Positions 21,301 through 29,848 of a stretch of 64,000 nucleotides of DNA are shown one piece after another. Within the stretch, counting starts at the first letter, position 1; every line of letters begins with the position of its first letter. A program made the position numbers and the translations under genes. Location: contig JANQQK010000039.1 in NCBI GenBank assembly GCA_028289375.1, forward strand, positions 80,842 to 144,841, given 5' to 3'. The notes under the pieces are model-generated. The model saw only the letters and a list, made by a program, of their open reading frames with translations, was not told the DNA's origin and did not search any database. The stretch comes from Phycisphaerae bacterium. Lineage in GTDB: Bacteria > Planctomycetota > Phycisphaerae > UBA1845.

Positions 21301-22518
21301 GCTCCACTCAACAACAACGCCGTCACCCTGCGCCACCTGCTGATCAAACCCCGGCGCCGAAACGCTCAACTCCGCGTCATCCGGCTGCACGATCGTCAAC
21401 CGCATGCGATCTTCTTCATCAACGCTCACCGGATCGTTCTGACCATCCGAAATCGTCCCACCGATCAGGTGAAGCCCGCCAGCCAGATTCGCCGTCGAGA
21501 ATTGCACCGAGTCCACCTCAGGATCCGTCACCGTCGCGATGGTTGTCTCAGTGTCTTCGAAGAACCGAATCAACGTGACGACATAGTCATCACCCTCAAA
21601 CGTATTGCCGTTGAATGGAATCGTGATCGTCTCACCACCAAACGCCGAAAGGCTCATCGTCGGGAATGTCAGGGTTGGCGGTCGGGCAGCCGACGCAGCC
21701 GGCAGAATCGTGATCACGAAGTTGTTGTACGCGGTCACAATCGTGTCCGCCCGTCCCGCGTCCACCGCGCCACCAATGCTCAATCCCGAATCAGTGGCGG
21801 ACAGCCCAAGGCGATAATCGCCCGGCGTGACGTTCGACGTATCCCAGCGGAAATCAACCGTGTTGCCCGTGCCCTCAGCCAACCGCGTGCCCAACAGCGA
21901 TCCATCATCCGTGAGACCTTCTTCGTCCAACGGATCATTGGCATCCTGGAAGAACAGCCGCCACCGGGCAGAACCCTGCGGATCGCCGATGTCAGCCGAC
22001 ACCTGCACAAACTCACCGGCATTTACCGTGATTTCCATCGCCGGTTCCAGGAACAGCGGCGACGGCGGGCCCTGAATCTCGATGGTGCCCTGGCTTGGCA
22101 GAATCAGATCATCCGCCTGCACAAACAACCGGTAAAACCCAGGGCGCAAACCCGTCGAATCGAACACAAATGACTGGCCGGAACCCGCCGATAGACCTTC
22201 CTCGATGACCTCTTCAATCCCGATCTCTTCTCCGCCAAGGTTGGCGGGACCATCCAGCACGCGGTAGAACGCGAACACGTTCGTCGCCCCGGTCGGCGCG
22301 TTGTACAGAACCGTGATCTGCACATCCTCGGAAAACGCGAGGTTGGTCAGCAGATTGGTAATGCCGAGCGTATCAGAAGGACCATCACCAGGATCGCCCG
22401 TTCCAGGATTCATATCCACCGGCGGACAGCCCATCATGCCAAGGCACGCTGCCACGACCAGCGTCGCGCCAGCCAGCCCACGTGCGGTTCTCGCAGTCCA
22501 TCGTCGTTCCGTCATCAT
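18310..22518 (-). CDS. giant FG-GAP (integrin-alpha-like) repeat lipoprotein
   Basis: Lipobox ACLGMMGC. Repeated FG-GAP/Ca-binding motifs DFNADDRSEFIIG, DFDQDGRSDFVVGGP, DFNGDGADDLII, GDFNGDGMNDLLVAAPG, GDVDGDGRADVLLGS. RBS CAGGAG upstream of the ATG. Confidence 0.8.
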   Translation of the reverse strand: MMTERRWTARTARGLAGATLVVAACLGMMGCPPVDMNPGTGDPGDGPSDTLGITNLLTNLAFSEDVQITVLYNAPTGATNVFAFYRVLDGPANLGGEEIGIEEVIEEGLSAGSGQSFVFDSTGLRPGFYRLFVQADDLILPSQGTIEIQGPPSPLFLEPAMEITVNAGEFVQVSADIGDPQGSARWRLFFQDANDPLDEEGLTDDGSLLGTRLAEGTGNTVDFRWDTSNVTPGDYRLGLSATDSGLSIGGAVDAGRADTIVTAYNNFVITILPAASAARPPTLTFPTMSLSAFGGETITIPFNGNTFEGDDYVVTLIRFFEDTETTIATVTDPEVDSVQFSTANLAGGLHLIGGTISDGQNDPVSVDEEDRMRLTIVQPDDAELSVSAPGFDQQVAQGDGVVVEWSTNVPSSDDRSIRVFARACTTCTDADGGTGPEILIAENLRLDSGSTTWDTSEVLGRHIIFVEMTLSDLTPPTVITERAIGVVRVSALPQTLYVGIYALNQRLRGMGDDEIFARDAEVFQGVNFADNAGTFVTTAGDFNADDRSEFIIGARFGKPFFLSNSGIGIGESYMIYGGERRNEIQSLNMVGAADDEGEAVLQGITFTGIRTDESTPTETDGMSTVRMIPDQDGDQVPELAFGIPFCSSRGHTQRLLVEGNPLARNSLEKQNQFQRGGVVFVSSRNPNLLDPPVGDDPDADFINQSVVPLDLVGQRFAAAGIEYFPDNEEGMRGCNGAYPIDQWTREEMDNMGVPMITCNPDGTDMCFETFVGTQIGFSPALADHMGTLCSSFTAPPANSGALCDCFDATVDPLLNALLNELGGSDHNIPNDGGACASRLGRNSGPLAAADVTGATPALEMATDVRLGTGFYPVFRPDAEAGNQSGLGPNSAVPPWGARLIGNDPGTVGGGGPQQTGDKFGSTIAVSGGFVIISAPNREPVVNVEVPAFPMAIPNPTNPGVMYLINMRNIWPDPDVEPWDNPDTPEKDGLRPPTPFQYQVGPFPARVDSTVAAIDPATQLKNSRSHCGTDGDVRDQVFETSPSPLRILGGNNYQIEEVEGIADFDQDGRSDFVVGGPAANGNAGNVSVLFRRQSVIEGDFVLDTLSLSLTDPDRLDGLLINGRANERLGEVLTKSLQVVNEDGSLTNRTIDFNGDGADDLIIPNPRANSSTGEIIIVFSSPTLITGQNGVNIDALLADSDEFGNPRAIAITGAAQNDQFGFNVAVAGDFNGDGMNDLLVAAPGASPMFDSNDDGTLDTAGIDVINEANPDSPFGDGEPDDVDLDGNPDLLTDAGQVYLIFGTDNIASLADTNRRVSIAQLGTSEFGGVIFVGREGADGASHPGDQLGGGASLRNAQQFRSFGVGPAGDVDGDGRADVLLGSILARPQGRTEAGEVYLIYGFAP

Positions 22519-22610
22519 CGTAAGAGACTCCTGTCAACCTGCCGCCTGAATCCGCAGGTTCCGGGGGGTTCTTTCGCTTGTCTTATCGCCGGAAGCCGCA
22601 AGCCCGGGCA

Positions 22611-22640
22611 GTTATAGGGTTCGCCCAAGGTTCCTGTCAA
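22611..22640 (-). promoter_or_regulatory. candidate sigma70-type promoter for the FG-GAP gene
   Basis: On the - strand it reads TTGACA-N18-TATAAC (plus-strand tgtcaa 22635-22640, gttata 22611-22616), about 90 nt upstream of the ATG at 22518. Confidence 0.3.
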
Positions 22641-22763
22641 CGCACGCCAGCCACCATGCCCCGCTTGACAACAACACATCACAGGCGCGCACCGTTGCCC
22701 TCAACTCCATGTCGCAAGGTTCACCCGATCTCTTACACGCAATCGCGCAACCCACCTCGTCGA

Positions 22764-24170
22764 TCAAGGCCGCAGCAGCGTCGAACCGCCAGCCGCAATC
22801 TCCCGATCGCCACCCTCTTCCCGCGCCGCCAACGACACCACATCGTCCGCGTAAAGAGGTGAAATCTCCACGACCCCATCCGGTTCGCCGTCGGCTGTCA
22901 TGGGGACCGACACGCCGCACTCCGCCAACCAAGACGCCGCTCGCCGCACAAGGTCCCGCTTCGCCGTCGCCACACTGTCGACACCCGTGGCATTCTTGAC
23001 CGGCGAAAATCGCTCCGACCGCTCCGTCCGCAGCAACATGGTCGTCCTGGCCAGAGGCAGCGCGTCGAACACAAACATTTCCAGTTTCACTGCATTTGGC
23101 GAGTCGGGAGCAACGAATGTCCCACTGGCGAGATCCACCGTCGAAACCTTCTTCGACGCCCGGTGCCATGGCAATGCCCGCCCCGCATCCCCCGACGTCA
23201 TCGATTCCACGAACGCCACGTCCAGCACATGCACCGCGATGTTGGCGAGGTCGAACTTCCGGCGACCGTCGGCATCTTTCAGACTCATCATCGCTTCAGG
23301 GAAATCGCTGTACTCGACAATCGTCAACTTTTCGTCGATCTCGATGAACAGCCCGACCTTCTCCCCGTCCGACGCTTTGCCCATCGTCAGACTCGACATT
23401 TGCGACCCACGGGTCACATGCGCACCGACAAACTCCGGATCAACCGGTTTCACCAGCGGATTATCCACCTGAAAATAACTGATAAACTCAACGCCGCGGG
23501 CCGTCATGTCGGCCAACATCCCCGTCTCAGCGAGCGCCGTCAGACTGCCGCCATGACCATTGGGCGACATCGCAACTTTGTGCTTCTCTTCCAGGAGAAT
23601 CTTCCCCTTTTCATCCGCCACCGGAATCATCGATTGCGAAAAGAACAGCACATCGGCAGGGTTCAGACCGAAGTAATCGTGCTCCTCGAAGTACGAGGTC
23701 GTAGCCGCATGATTCGCCTTGGACGTCATCACGTACCACGGAATCCGGACGCCATAACGCTCGTTCGATGCGGCAATGCCTTCGGCGAAGATCTGAAACA
23801 GCGAAGCCCCCGAAACCGGTCCGATCGGAAACGCACCCTTGGGAATGTCCACGCCAAGACGCGTCGCCTGACCGCCAGCCACCATCATCGCCGCAACACG
23901 CCCCTCGCGGATCACCTGTTCCCCCGCCGCGCGCGCACGACGCCCCTCGATCGCGTCGAGGCACTCGGGCACCTCAAACATCGCCGGGTCGACGACGTGC
24001 TCCTGTGTGTGCGCCTGCTGCCACGCCGTTTCGAAGGCGGCGAGGTCAATCGCATCGACGTCAGCCAGCAGCGCTGACCGGCCCTGTTCGTCCAGTTCAT
24101 CCCAGAAGGTCAGAAGATGCTCCTGACCGTGTTTGGCCAGCCGGGCACGCACGTCGTCCACCGCACTCAT
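22764..24170 (-). CDS. UDP-sugar pyrophosphorylase, UDPGP family (UAP1-like UDP-N-acetylhexosamine pyrophosphorylase)
   Basis: HLLTFWDELDEQGR N-terminus. Nucleotide-binding loop MVAGGQATRLG (compare GGQGTRLG). PNGHGG. YFQVDNPLV. Confidence 0.8.
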   Translation of the reverse strand: MSAVDDVRARLAKHGQEHLLTFWDELDEQGRSALLADVDAIDLAAFETAWQQAHTQEHVVDPAMFEVPECLDAIEGRRARAAGEQVIREGRVAAMMVAGGQATRLGVDIPKGAFPIGPVSGASLFQIFAEGIAASNERYGVRIPWYVMTSKANHAATTSYFEEHDYFGLNPADVLFFSQSMIPVADEKGKILLEEKHKVAMSPNGHGGSLTALAETGMLADMTARGVEFISYFQVDNPLVKPVDPEFVGAHVTRGSQMSSLTMGKASDGEKVGLFIEIDEKLTIVEYSDFPEAMMSLKDADGRRKFDLANIAVHVLDVAFVESMTSGDAGRALPWHRASKKVSTVDLASGTFVAPDSPNAVKLEMFVFDALPLARTTMLLRTERSERFSPVKNATGVDSVATAKRDLVRRAASWLAECGVSVPMTADGEPDGVVEISPLYADDVVSLAAREEGGDREIAAGGSTLLRP

Positions 24171-24257
24171 CCTTGCCGCCGCTCCTTCCGCTCATGGTCG
24201 AGAATTTCCACCGCGCGACCGATATATAGATGCGGCCCTCCGGGTGGTCAAACGGGT

Positions 24258-25202
24258 ATGGACGAAGGCGATATGCGAAGACGCGACTTCCTGAAGGCCG
24301 GCGCGGCGGCAGCCGCAACACCAATCTCCAAACTCATCGCCCAACCCACGCCCGCAACCGCCCATGTCGTCGAAGTCGCCAGCGACTTCGTCGTCCGCGG
24401 TACCGCCATCCACGACAAAATGGTCCAGGAAATGCTCGACTCCGCACTTGGACATTTGACCGGCAAGTCATCGGTCGCCGACGCATGGAAGCAGATCCTC
24501 AAGCCCGATGACATCGTCGCCATTAAGTGCAATCAGTCCGGAGCCAACGGACTCGGCACCACCGAAGCTTTTCTCGACGCCCTCATCCCGTCCCTACGAA
24601 AGGCCGGGTTCAAGAACGAACAGATCATCGCGATCGAAGCCCCGGAAACCACCTACCGTTCCCACGAGGTTCGCAGACCCGAGATCGGGTGGACGGAGAG
24701 TGCGGTCACGTTCGCCAGCGGGTCGGATCACCTCGCCAAATGGCTGGACAAGGTCACCGCCATCATCAACGTGCCGTTCATCAAAACGCACAACATCGCC
24801 GGGATGACCTGTACCATGAAGAACCTCTCCCACGCCTTGGTCAAACACCCCGCCCGATTCCACGACAATGGCTGCTCGCCATTCATCGGCGACATCTACA
24901 GCTTGGGCGCAATCAGAAATAAAGTCCGACTGCACTTGGTCAACGGTCTTCGCGTCGTCTTCGACGGTGGACCGGAAGCGCGCCACGACGGCATCTGGGA
25001 TGCCGGGATCGTCCTGGCCGGAACCGATCCGCTCGCCATCGATCTTGAGGCACTTCGGTTGCTCAATGGCCAGCGGGCGATCCTCGGGCTGAGTGAAATT
25101 CGAAACAGCCCCGCACAAACACCCTATCTCTCCCATGCCACCAAGATCGGCCTCGGCGTTTCCGATCCGTTCAAGACGCGCGTGACGCGCGTACGTCTCT
25201 AG
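24258..25202 (+). CDS. DUF362-domain protein with twin-arginine signal
   Basis: ATG at 24258 (the ORF part upstream overlaps the divergent gene). Tat-like MRRRDFLKAGAAAAA. DUF362-like IVAIKCNQSG and INVPFIKTHNIAGMTCTMKNLSH. Confidence 0.65.
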   Translation: MDEGDMRRRDFLKAGAAAAATPISKLIAQPTPATAHVVEVASDFVVRGTAIHDKMVQEMLDSALGHLTGKSSVADAWKQILKPDDIVAIKCNQSGANGLGTTEAFLDALIPSLRKAGFKNEQIIAIEAPETTYRSHEVRRPEIGWTESAVTFASGSDHLAKWLDKVTAIINVPFIKTHNIAGMTCTMKNLSHALVKHPARFHDNGCSPFIGDIYSLGAIRNKVRLHLVNGLRVVFDGGPEARHDGIWDAGIVLAGTDPLAIDLEALRLLNGQRAILGLSEIRNSPAQTPYLSHATKIGLGVSDPFKTRVTRVRL

Positions 25203-25245
25203 GGTCCGCGCGGTTCAATTGCGTGTCAGATTCGCTGTTTTCTCA

Positions 25246-25274
25246 TTGACACGGCTTCTGTGGGCCGATATTGT
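25246..25274 (+). promoter_or_regulatory. candidate sigma70-type promoter inside a long non-coding spacer
   Basis: TTGACA (25246-25251), 17-nt spacer, TATTGT (25269-25274). Lies about 440 nt upstream of the next ATG at 25712. Confidence 0.3.
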
Positions 25275-25711
25275 TTAGGTGACGGGCGGAGAAACCGCTG
25301 GCGGCTTTTATTCGCGTTTATTATTTCGTACCTGCAATCATTCGATTGATCATTCATCAAGCCCGCCGGTCAGTACGTTTTTTCCCGATTCATCCCGCTT
25401 TCGTCCGTGTGCGTTGTTCCATGCGCCCATTTGGTGCATGAATGCGCGGTTGTGTGCGCACAAGGCGAAAAAACAGACGTGGTTCGTTTGCGTTGAACGC
25501 GCGTCTGCTGTACTGTTTTCGGACTTTCTTGTTTGGGTGGAGGCGAATCCATCTGCCAAGGTCAGGTTGAGCGGGAATTCCGGTTTTTCGGCGACACGTC
25601 GTCGTCACCTGCAATAATGTATTTTTTCCATTCGGACCGGAAATAACGTGAAGCTGGCACAGGCGACTGGAACCACGCCTCGGTAATGTGCCGACGGCAC
25701 AGGAGGATCAC

Positions 25712-26722
25712 ATGTCAGTGTTGACACGCAGAAAATGGCGAGGGTTCACCCTCATTGAGTTGCTGGTGGTGGTTGCGATCATCGCCTTGCTGATCTCGAT
25801 TCTGCTCCCGAGTTTGTCTCGGGCGCGTGAGATCGCCAAGCGGACCGTTTGTGCCGCGAATGTGAAGGGTATCGGCACGTCGTTCAAGATTTACGCGAAC
25901 GACAACGAGGAGCTTTGGCCGGTTCCACCGTTTGACGAGCAGGTCCTTCAGACCGGCGTCGGCGGAGGCGGACAGAACATCATCTACACTGAACTTCAAG
26001 GCGGTGGCGGCGGCGTGACGAATATCGTCGGGCAGACTATGGAGCCGCCGCTCCGCTTCCAGGAATCTGTGAATGTTCCCATTCCAAATATCGGGCTTCA
26101 GGATCCGAGCAGGACGGTCTCGGTGACCCGCGCACTCTGGATGCTCGTGCGATCCGGAGACGTCACGCCCAAACAGTTCGTTTGCCCCAGTAGCGGCGAT
26201 GTTCAGGACGATACCGAGGAAATCAATCGCTATTACGATTTCAAGGGGTTGGGAAACATCAGCTACGGCTATCAGGTTCCGTTTGGACCATTTGATACGC
26301 GTGCGTCGGAAAATGTTGACACGCGTATGGCCTTGCTGGCCGATCGTGGCCCATACAGCATCAATGGTGGCCTTGACCTTACAAGCGACAATATTCAGCA
26401 GTTCAACATCTCGACACCCACTCGGGCATGGATGCGATTGAACTCTGGCAACCACGGCGGTTCGGGCGCGGGTGAAGGGCAGAATATTCTCTTCGCCGAC
26501 GGGCACGCCGAGTTTCAGATGCGCCCGATCGTAGGCGTCGATTTCGACAACATTTACACCAACATGCAAATGGGGCAGGAGAACGGAAATATTGACATGC
26601 CGATCTTGCGTATCATCGGCAACAATCCACGTCAGGGTATGCCCGTGCAGGATCCGTGGCCTGGCCAGCAAGCTTTTGGCCCAAATCGCTTCTCGTCGAC
26701 GGATTCGCTGATCTATCCGTAG
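25712..26722 (+). CDS. type II secretion/type IV pilin-like protein with prepilin N-terminal methylation motif (DUF1559-type)
   Basis: AGGAGG RBS 6 nt before the ATG at 25712. [31 protein letters not shown] prepilin motif. C-terminal [11 protein letters not shown] is typical of the planctomycete DUF1559 family. Confidence 0.8.
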   Translation: MSVLTRRKWRGFTLIELLVVVAIIALLISILLPSLSRAREIAKRTVCAANVKGIGTSFKIYANDNEELWPVPPFDEQVLQTGVGGGGQNIIYTELQGGGGGVTNIVGQTMEPPLRFQESVNVPIPNIGLQDPSRTVSVTRALWMLVRSGDVTPKQFVCPSSGDVQDDTEEINRYYDFKGLGNISYGYQVPFGPFDTRASENVDTRMALLADRGPYSINGGLDLTSDNIQQFNISTPTRAWMRLNSGNHGGSGAGEGQNILFADGHAEFQMRPIVGVDFDNIYTNMQMGQENGNIDMPILRIIGNNPRQGMPVQDPWPGQQAFGPNRFSSTDSLIYP

Positions 26723-26752
26723 CCGCGATTCGCATTTTTGATGACACTTCGA

Positions 26753-26786
26753 CCGGCAATCCGTTATGCGGATTGCCGGTTTTTTC
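26753..26786 (+). terminator. rho-independent terminator
   Basis: Perfect 11-bp stem ccggcaatccg / cggattgccgg with a 5-nt loop, followed by a T6 run. Lies 30 nt after the pseudopilin stop. Confidence 0.75.
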
Positions 26787-26813
26787 TTTTGTCGTGAACG
26801 AGGATGCCCACGA

Positions 26814-27227
26814 ATGACGAGAAACCCGAATTTGCAGAGAGGCGTCGTCGGCGCCATTCTGCGCAACGATCGCTGGCTGATGATTCAGCGATCCGACCAC
26901 GTCATTGCACCGCGAAAGTGGTGCTTTCCCGGCGGTGGCGTGGAAGAAGGCGAATCAAACGCCGACGCGGTCGTCCGTGAATTGCAGGAGGAGTTATCAC
27001 TCGTCGTCAAGCCGGTCCGCCCGATCTGGTCCTGGACACGTGAAGACAAGCGGCTGCACCTCGAGTGGTGGGAAGCCCGTATCATCGACGGAACGCCGAC
27101 ACCGAATCCAGCCGAGGTGCGTGATTTCGGCTGGATGACCACGCGTGAAATTCGCGCCCTACCGGATGTACTCGAAAACCTGTTGCCGTTTCTGGACTTT
27201 CATGAAGCCAACGGATCAGCGCAGTGA
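26814..27227 (+). CDS. NUDIX hydrolase
   Basis: Nudix box GGGVEEGESNADAVVRELQEELSL. ATG at 26814 is chosen because the ORF part upstream contains the terminator hairpin. Confidence 0.8.
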   Translation: MTRNPNLQRGVVGAILRNDRWLMIQRSDHVIAPRKWCFPGGGVEEGESNADAVVRELQEELSLVVKPVRPIWSWTREDKRLHLEWWEARIIDGTPTPNPAEVRDFGWMTTREIRALPDVLENLLPFLDFHEANGSAQ

Positions 27228-28166
27228 TCACACGGCAATCGAGGCGTAGTAATCAATCGCCCGTCGAAGCCCCTCTTCGAAATCGATCTGCGGTTCATAC
27301 CCGATCAGGTCACGCGCCCTGGTGATGTCGGCCAGCGAATGCATGACATCGCCTTTCCGCCTGGGCACGAACTTCGTCGCGACATTCTTGCCGAGCAGAT
27401 CGTTGATGCGGGCGATGATGTCATTCACACTGACCTTCTCACCGCACGCGACGTTGATCACCTGACCAGCGGTTTCTTCCGTCTGTGCAGCGAGCACATT
27501 GGCGTGGACAACATTCTCGATGAATGTGAAGTCGCGTGTCTGCGTGCCGTCGCCATACACCGTTGGCGACTCATCATTCAGGATCGATGTCACGAACGCG
27601 GGGATTGCGGCCGCGTATTGGCTCTTGGGATCTTGACGTGGGCCGAAGACGTTGAAATACCTCAGGGCGATGGTCTCCAACCCGAAGCACTCGAAAAACG
27701 CCCTTCCATACAACTCGCCTGCAAGTTTTTGCACCGCATAAGGGCTTAGCGGCTCGGGTCGGATACCTTCCTCTTTGGGAAGGACGGCGGTGTCGCCGTA
27801 GGCGGAACTGCTGGCCGCGTAGATGACGCGTTTGCACTTTCGCTTGGTCGCGGCCATGAGGACGTTGAACGTACCATTCATGTTCGCGTCGTGACTGTCG
27901 AAAGGAAGATCAACCGATCGCGGTACCGACGGGATGGCCGCCTCGTGGAAGATCATGTCGATGTCTTCGGCTGCGTTGTAGCAGGTGTCGTAGTCGCGCA
28001 TGTCGCCTTCAACGATCTCCACGCTCGACGCGACATCGCTTAAGTTCTCACGCTTGCCGGTGCTGAAGTTGTCGAGCACGCGGACGTGATGCCCTCTCTC
28101 GATCAAGCCCTGTGTCAGATGTCCACCGATGAACCCGGCTCCGCCGGTCACAAGATAGTTGGCCAT
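27228..28166 (-). CDS. NAD-dependent nucleotide-sugar epimerase (extended SDR family; UDP-hexose/UDP-GlcNAc 4-epimerase-like)
   Basis: MANYLVTGGAGFIGGHL Rossmann motif. DNFSTGKRENL. Catalytic YAVQK (YxxxK). RYFNVFGPRQDP. Confidence 0.85.
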   Translation of the reverse strand: MANYLVTGGAGFIGGHLTQGLIERGHHVRVLDNFSTGKRENLSDVASSVEIVEGDMRDYDTCYNAAEDIDMIFHEAAIPSVPRSVDLPFDSHDANMNGTFNVLMAATKRKCKRVIYAASSSAYGDTAVLPKEEGIRPEPLSPYAVQKLAGELYGRAFFECFGLETIALRYFNVFGPRQDPKSQYAAAIPAFVTSILNDESPTVYGDGTQTRDFTFIENVVHANVLAAQTEETAGQVINVACGEKVSVNDIIARINDLLGKNVATKFVPRRKGDVMHSLADITRARDLIGYEPQIDFEEGLRRAIDYYASIAV

Positions 28167-28323
28167 GGTTGCACCCCGTCCTGCATTGCCTTCCGCAGTG
28201 ATCAAGCGATCGCCCTATCGGACGTGTGATCCTACGGTCATATTAGCCGCGATGTTCACGGAATCCCACCCGCGACATCGTGACGCTGCACGCTGTCCAT
28301 ATCGTCGCGCACCGGGGCGTGGG

Positions 28324-29112
28324 CTACCAAAATACCTCGAAGAGCCGCGCATCACCCGGGGCGAGGTCTGTTGGCAGCAAGACCTGCCCCAATCGGACGT
28401 GGTGCACCTCGCCAACGAGCGCGTGGGGATCAAAAGGGACTTCGACGACGCGGCGGGCAGCTTGAATGCCCTGACCACTGATCTTCACCGGGGTGCGGAC
28501 GAATCGGCTATCGGACGTGTTGTGGAGGAACAGATAGGCCCGGCGAGTCGATTCGTGGAGCGTGCACGAGAGTACTGCTTCGTCGCCGTCGGCGGACATC
28601 AATGGGGTTACCGTCGCGCCCTGCAGTCGTGGGCCGATGCGGGCCGCCCGATCCGTCAGACGCTTGATGGCGGCGTTTCGCATGGCAACGTCCTGCCCGT
28701 CGTCGGACGACGCCGAAATGTCCAGCAGGATTCCGTCGCTTCGCCCGTCAGACACCGACATGTGATACCGATTGAGGATGTTCGTGGTCGACACATCGCC
28801 GATCCTGATGTCGACAAGCGTTGCAGCGTCGTCGGCTTGCAGCAACGATAGTCCCACGCGTTCGGCTGCGCGGTGCAGTGTGTCGGACGGTGCCTGATCA
28901 ACGCCGTCGAAAACGATGGCGTTGCAACCAAGTTCGCGCATGGCGTTCATCGCCCTGTCGGCGGCAACGGGCGTCTCTCGTTCGCGCAACGTGGGCGTAT
29001 ACCGCATCGCGATGGAATAGTGCGGGCGTGATGCATCCGAGGTTACGCAACCCACGAGCAGCAGCAGCGGCAACAAGACACACCATCTGCAATTGACAGC
29101 CAAGATTCTCAA
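28324..29112 (-). CDS. hypothetical lipoprotein
   Basis: TTG start. Lipobox LLLLVGCVTS. No family recognised with confidence. Confidence 0.5.
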   Translation of the reverse strand: MRILAVNCRWCVLLPLLLLVGCVTSDASRPHYSIAMRYTPTLRERETPVAADRAMNAMRELGCNAIVFDGVDQAPSDTLHRAAERVGLSLLQADDAATLVDIRIGDVSTTNILNRYHMSVSDGRSDGILLDISASSDDGQDVAMRNAAIKRLTDRAARIGPRLQGATVTPLMSADGDEAVLSCTLHESTRRAYLFLHNTSDSRFVRTPVKISGQGIQAARRVVEVPFDPHALVGEVHHVRLGQVLLPTDLAPGDARLFEVFW

Positions 29113-29130
29113 TGGCTAGACTCTCCGCTT

Positions 29131-29682
29131 GTGACGAGTCACCGACACATCCTCGTGATTTCCCTGGCGACCCTTGCAGGGTTCTACGGGCCGGGCTGCA
29201 ATGGCCGGCAGTCGTCGCCCGCATTGGATCGCCCCGCCACGGGCTCGATTTCCGTCGAGCCTCCGGCATCGATCAACATCGTGCGCTCATTTACGAAATG
29301 GTCAAATTTTGACGATCAGCCAGGAATCGATGGCGTCACGCTGTTCGTGCAGCCGGTCGATGGGGATGGCCGTCCGACGCGAGCGTTCGGCTCTGCGTAT
29401 GTCGAAATCTGGCAGAAGCGCCGGGCAGCGGGCATCGCCGAAGGTGAGCGAATCGGCATTTGGGATTTTCCACTCGACACCCACGACGACCAAGCCATGC
29501 GTTGGCGTCGGGCGATGCGGATGTATGAGTTGCCGGTTGCGTTGCCGGCGTCGGCACTTGGTGTAGCACCGGGCAGTGCCGTGATCGTGTCCGTGACCTA
29601 CCATCTGGCGGCGGGCGGTCAGCGATTCGACGAGATGGAATTGCGGCTGCCGTTGGCCCAGACGGAGCTTGCCCGTCAGTAG
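29131..29682 (+). CDS. hypothetical lipoprotein
   Basis: GTG start. Lipobox-like signal ILVISLATLAGFYGPGCNG. No family recognised. Confidence 0.5.
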   Translation: MTSHRHILVISLATLAGFYGPGCNGRQSSPALDRPATGSISVEPPASINIVRSFTKWSNFDDQPGIDGVTLFVQPVDGDGRPTRAFGSAYVEIWQKRRAAGIAEGERIGIWDFPLDTHDDQAMRWRRAMRMYELPVALPASALGVAPGSAVIVSVTYHLAAGGQRFDEMELRLPLAQTELARQ

Positions 29683-29744
29683 TGCCCAACAAGCGGGTCA
29701 GGGTGGACAATCGGCGGGCGGCTGGTTAGCCTACCAACCTCGAA

Positions 29745-29817
29745 GGCCCCATCGTCTAGTGGTTTAGGACACCGGCTTTTCACGCCGGCAACACGGGTTC
29801 GAATCCCGTTGGGGTCA
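29745..29817 (+). tRNA. tRNA-Glu (anticodon UUC)
   Basis: Cloverleaf folded by hand: acceptor GGCCCCA/TGGGGTC (one G-U pair), D arm GTCT..GGAC, anticodon stem CCGGC/GCCGG with loop TTTTCAC (TTC), T arm ACGGG-TTCGAAT-CCCGT, discriminator A. CCA is not encoded. Confidence 0.9.
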
Positions 29818-29848
29818 ATCATCCATTCCACATCGTTCGGGTAATCAG

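Noticed and set aside
19444-22173. 535-aa and 346-aa ORFs on the + strand inside the FG-GAP gene
   Set aside because: The translations are extremely Arg-rich. The - strand frame carries repeated FG-GAP/DxDxDG motifs along its whole length.
25279-25617. 112-aa ORF (and three antisense 60-74-aa ORFs) inside the 509-bp spacer
   Set aside because: The composition is not protein-like (Cys/Phe/Ser/Arg-rich, no hydrophobic periodicity). There is no RBS and no third-position GC bias. The region is treated as non-coding (see finding).
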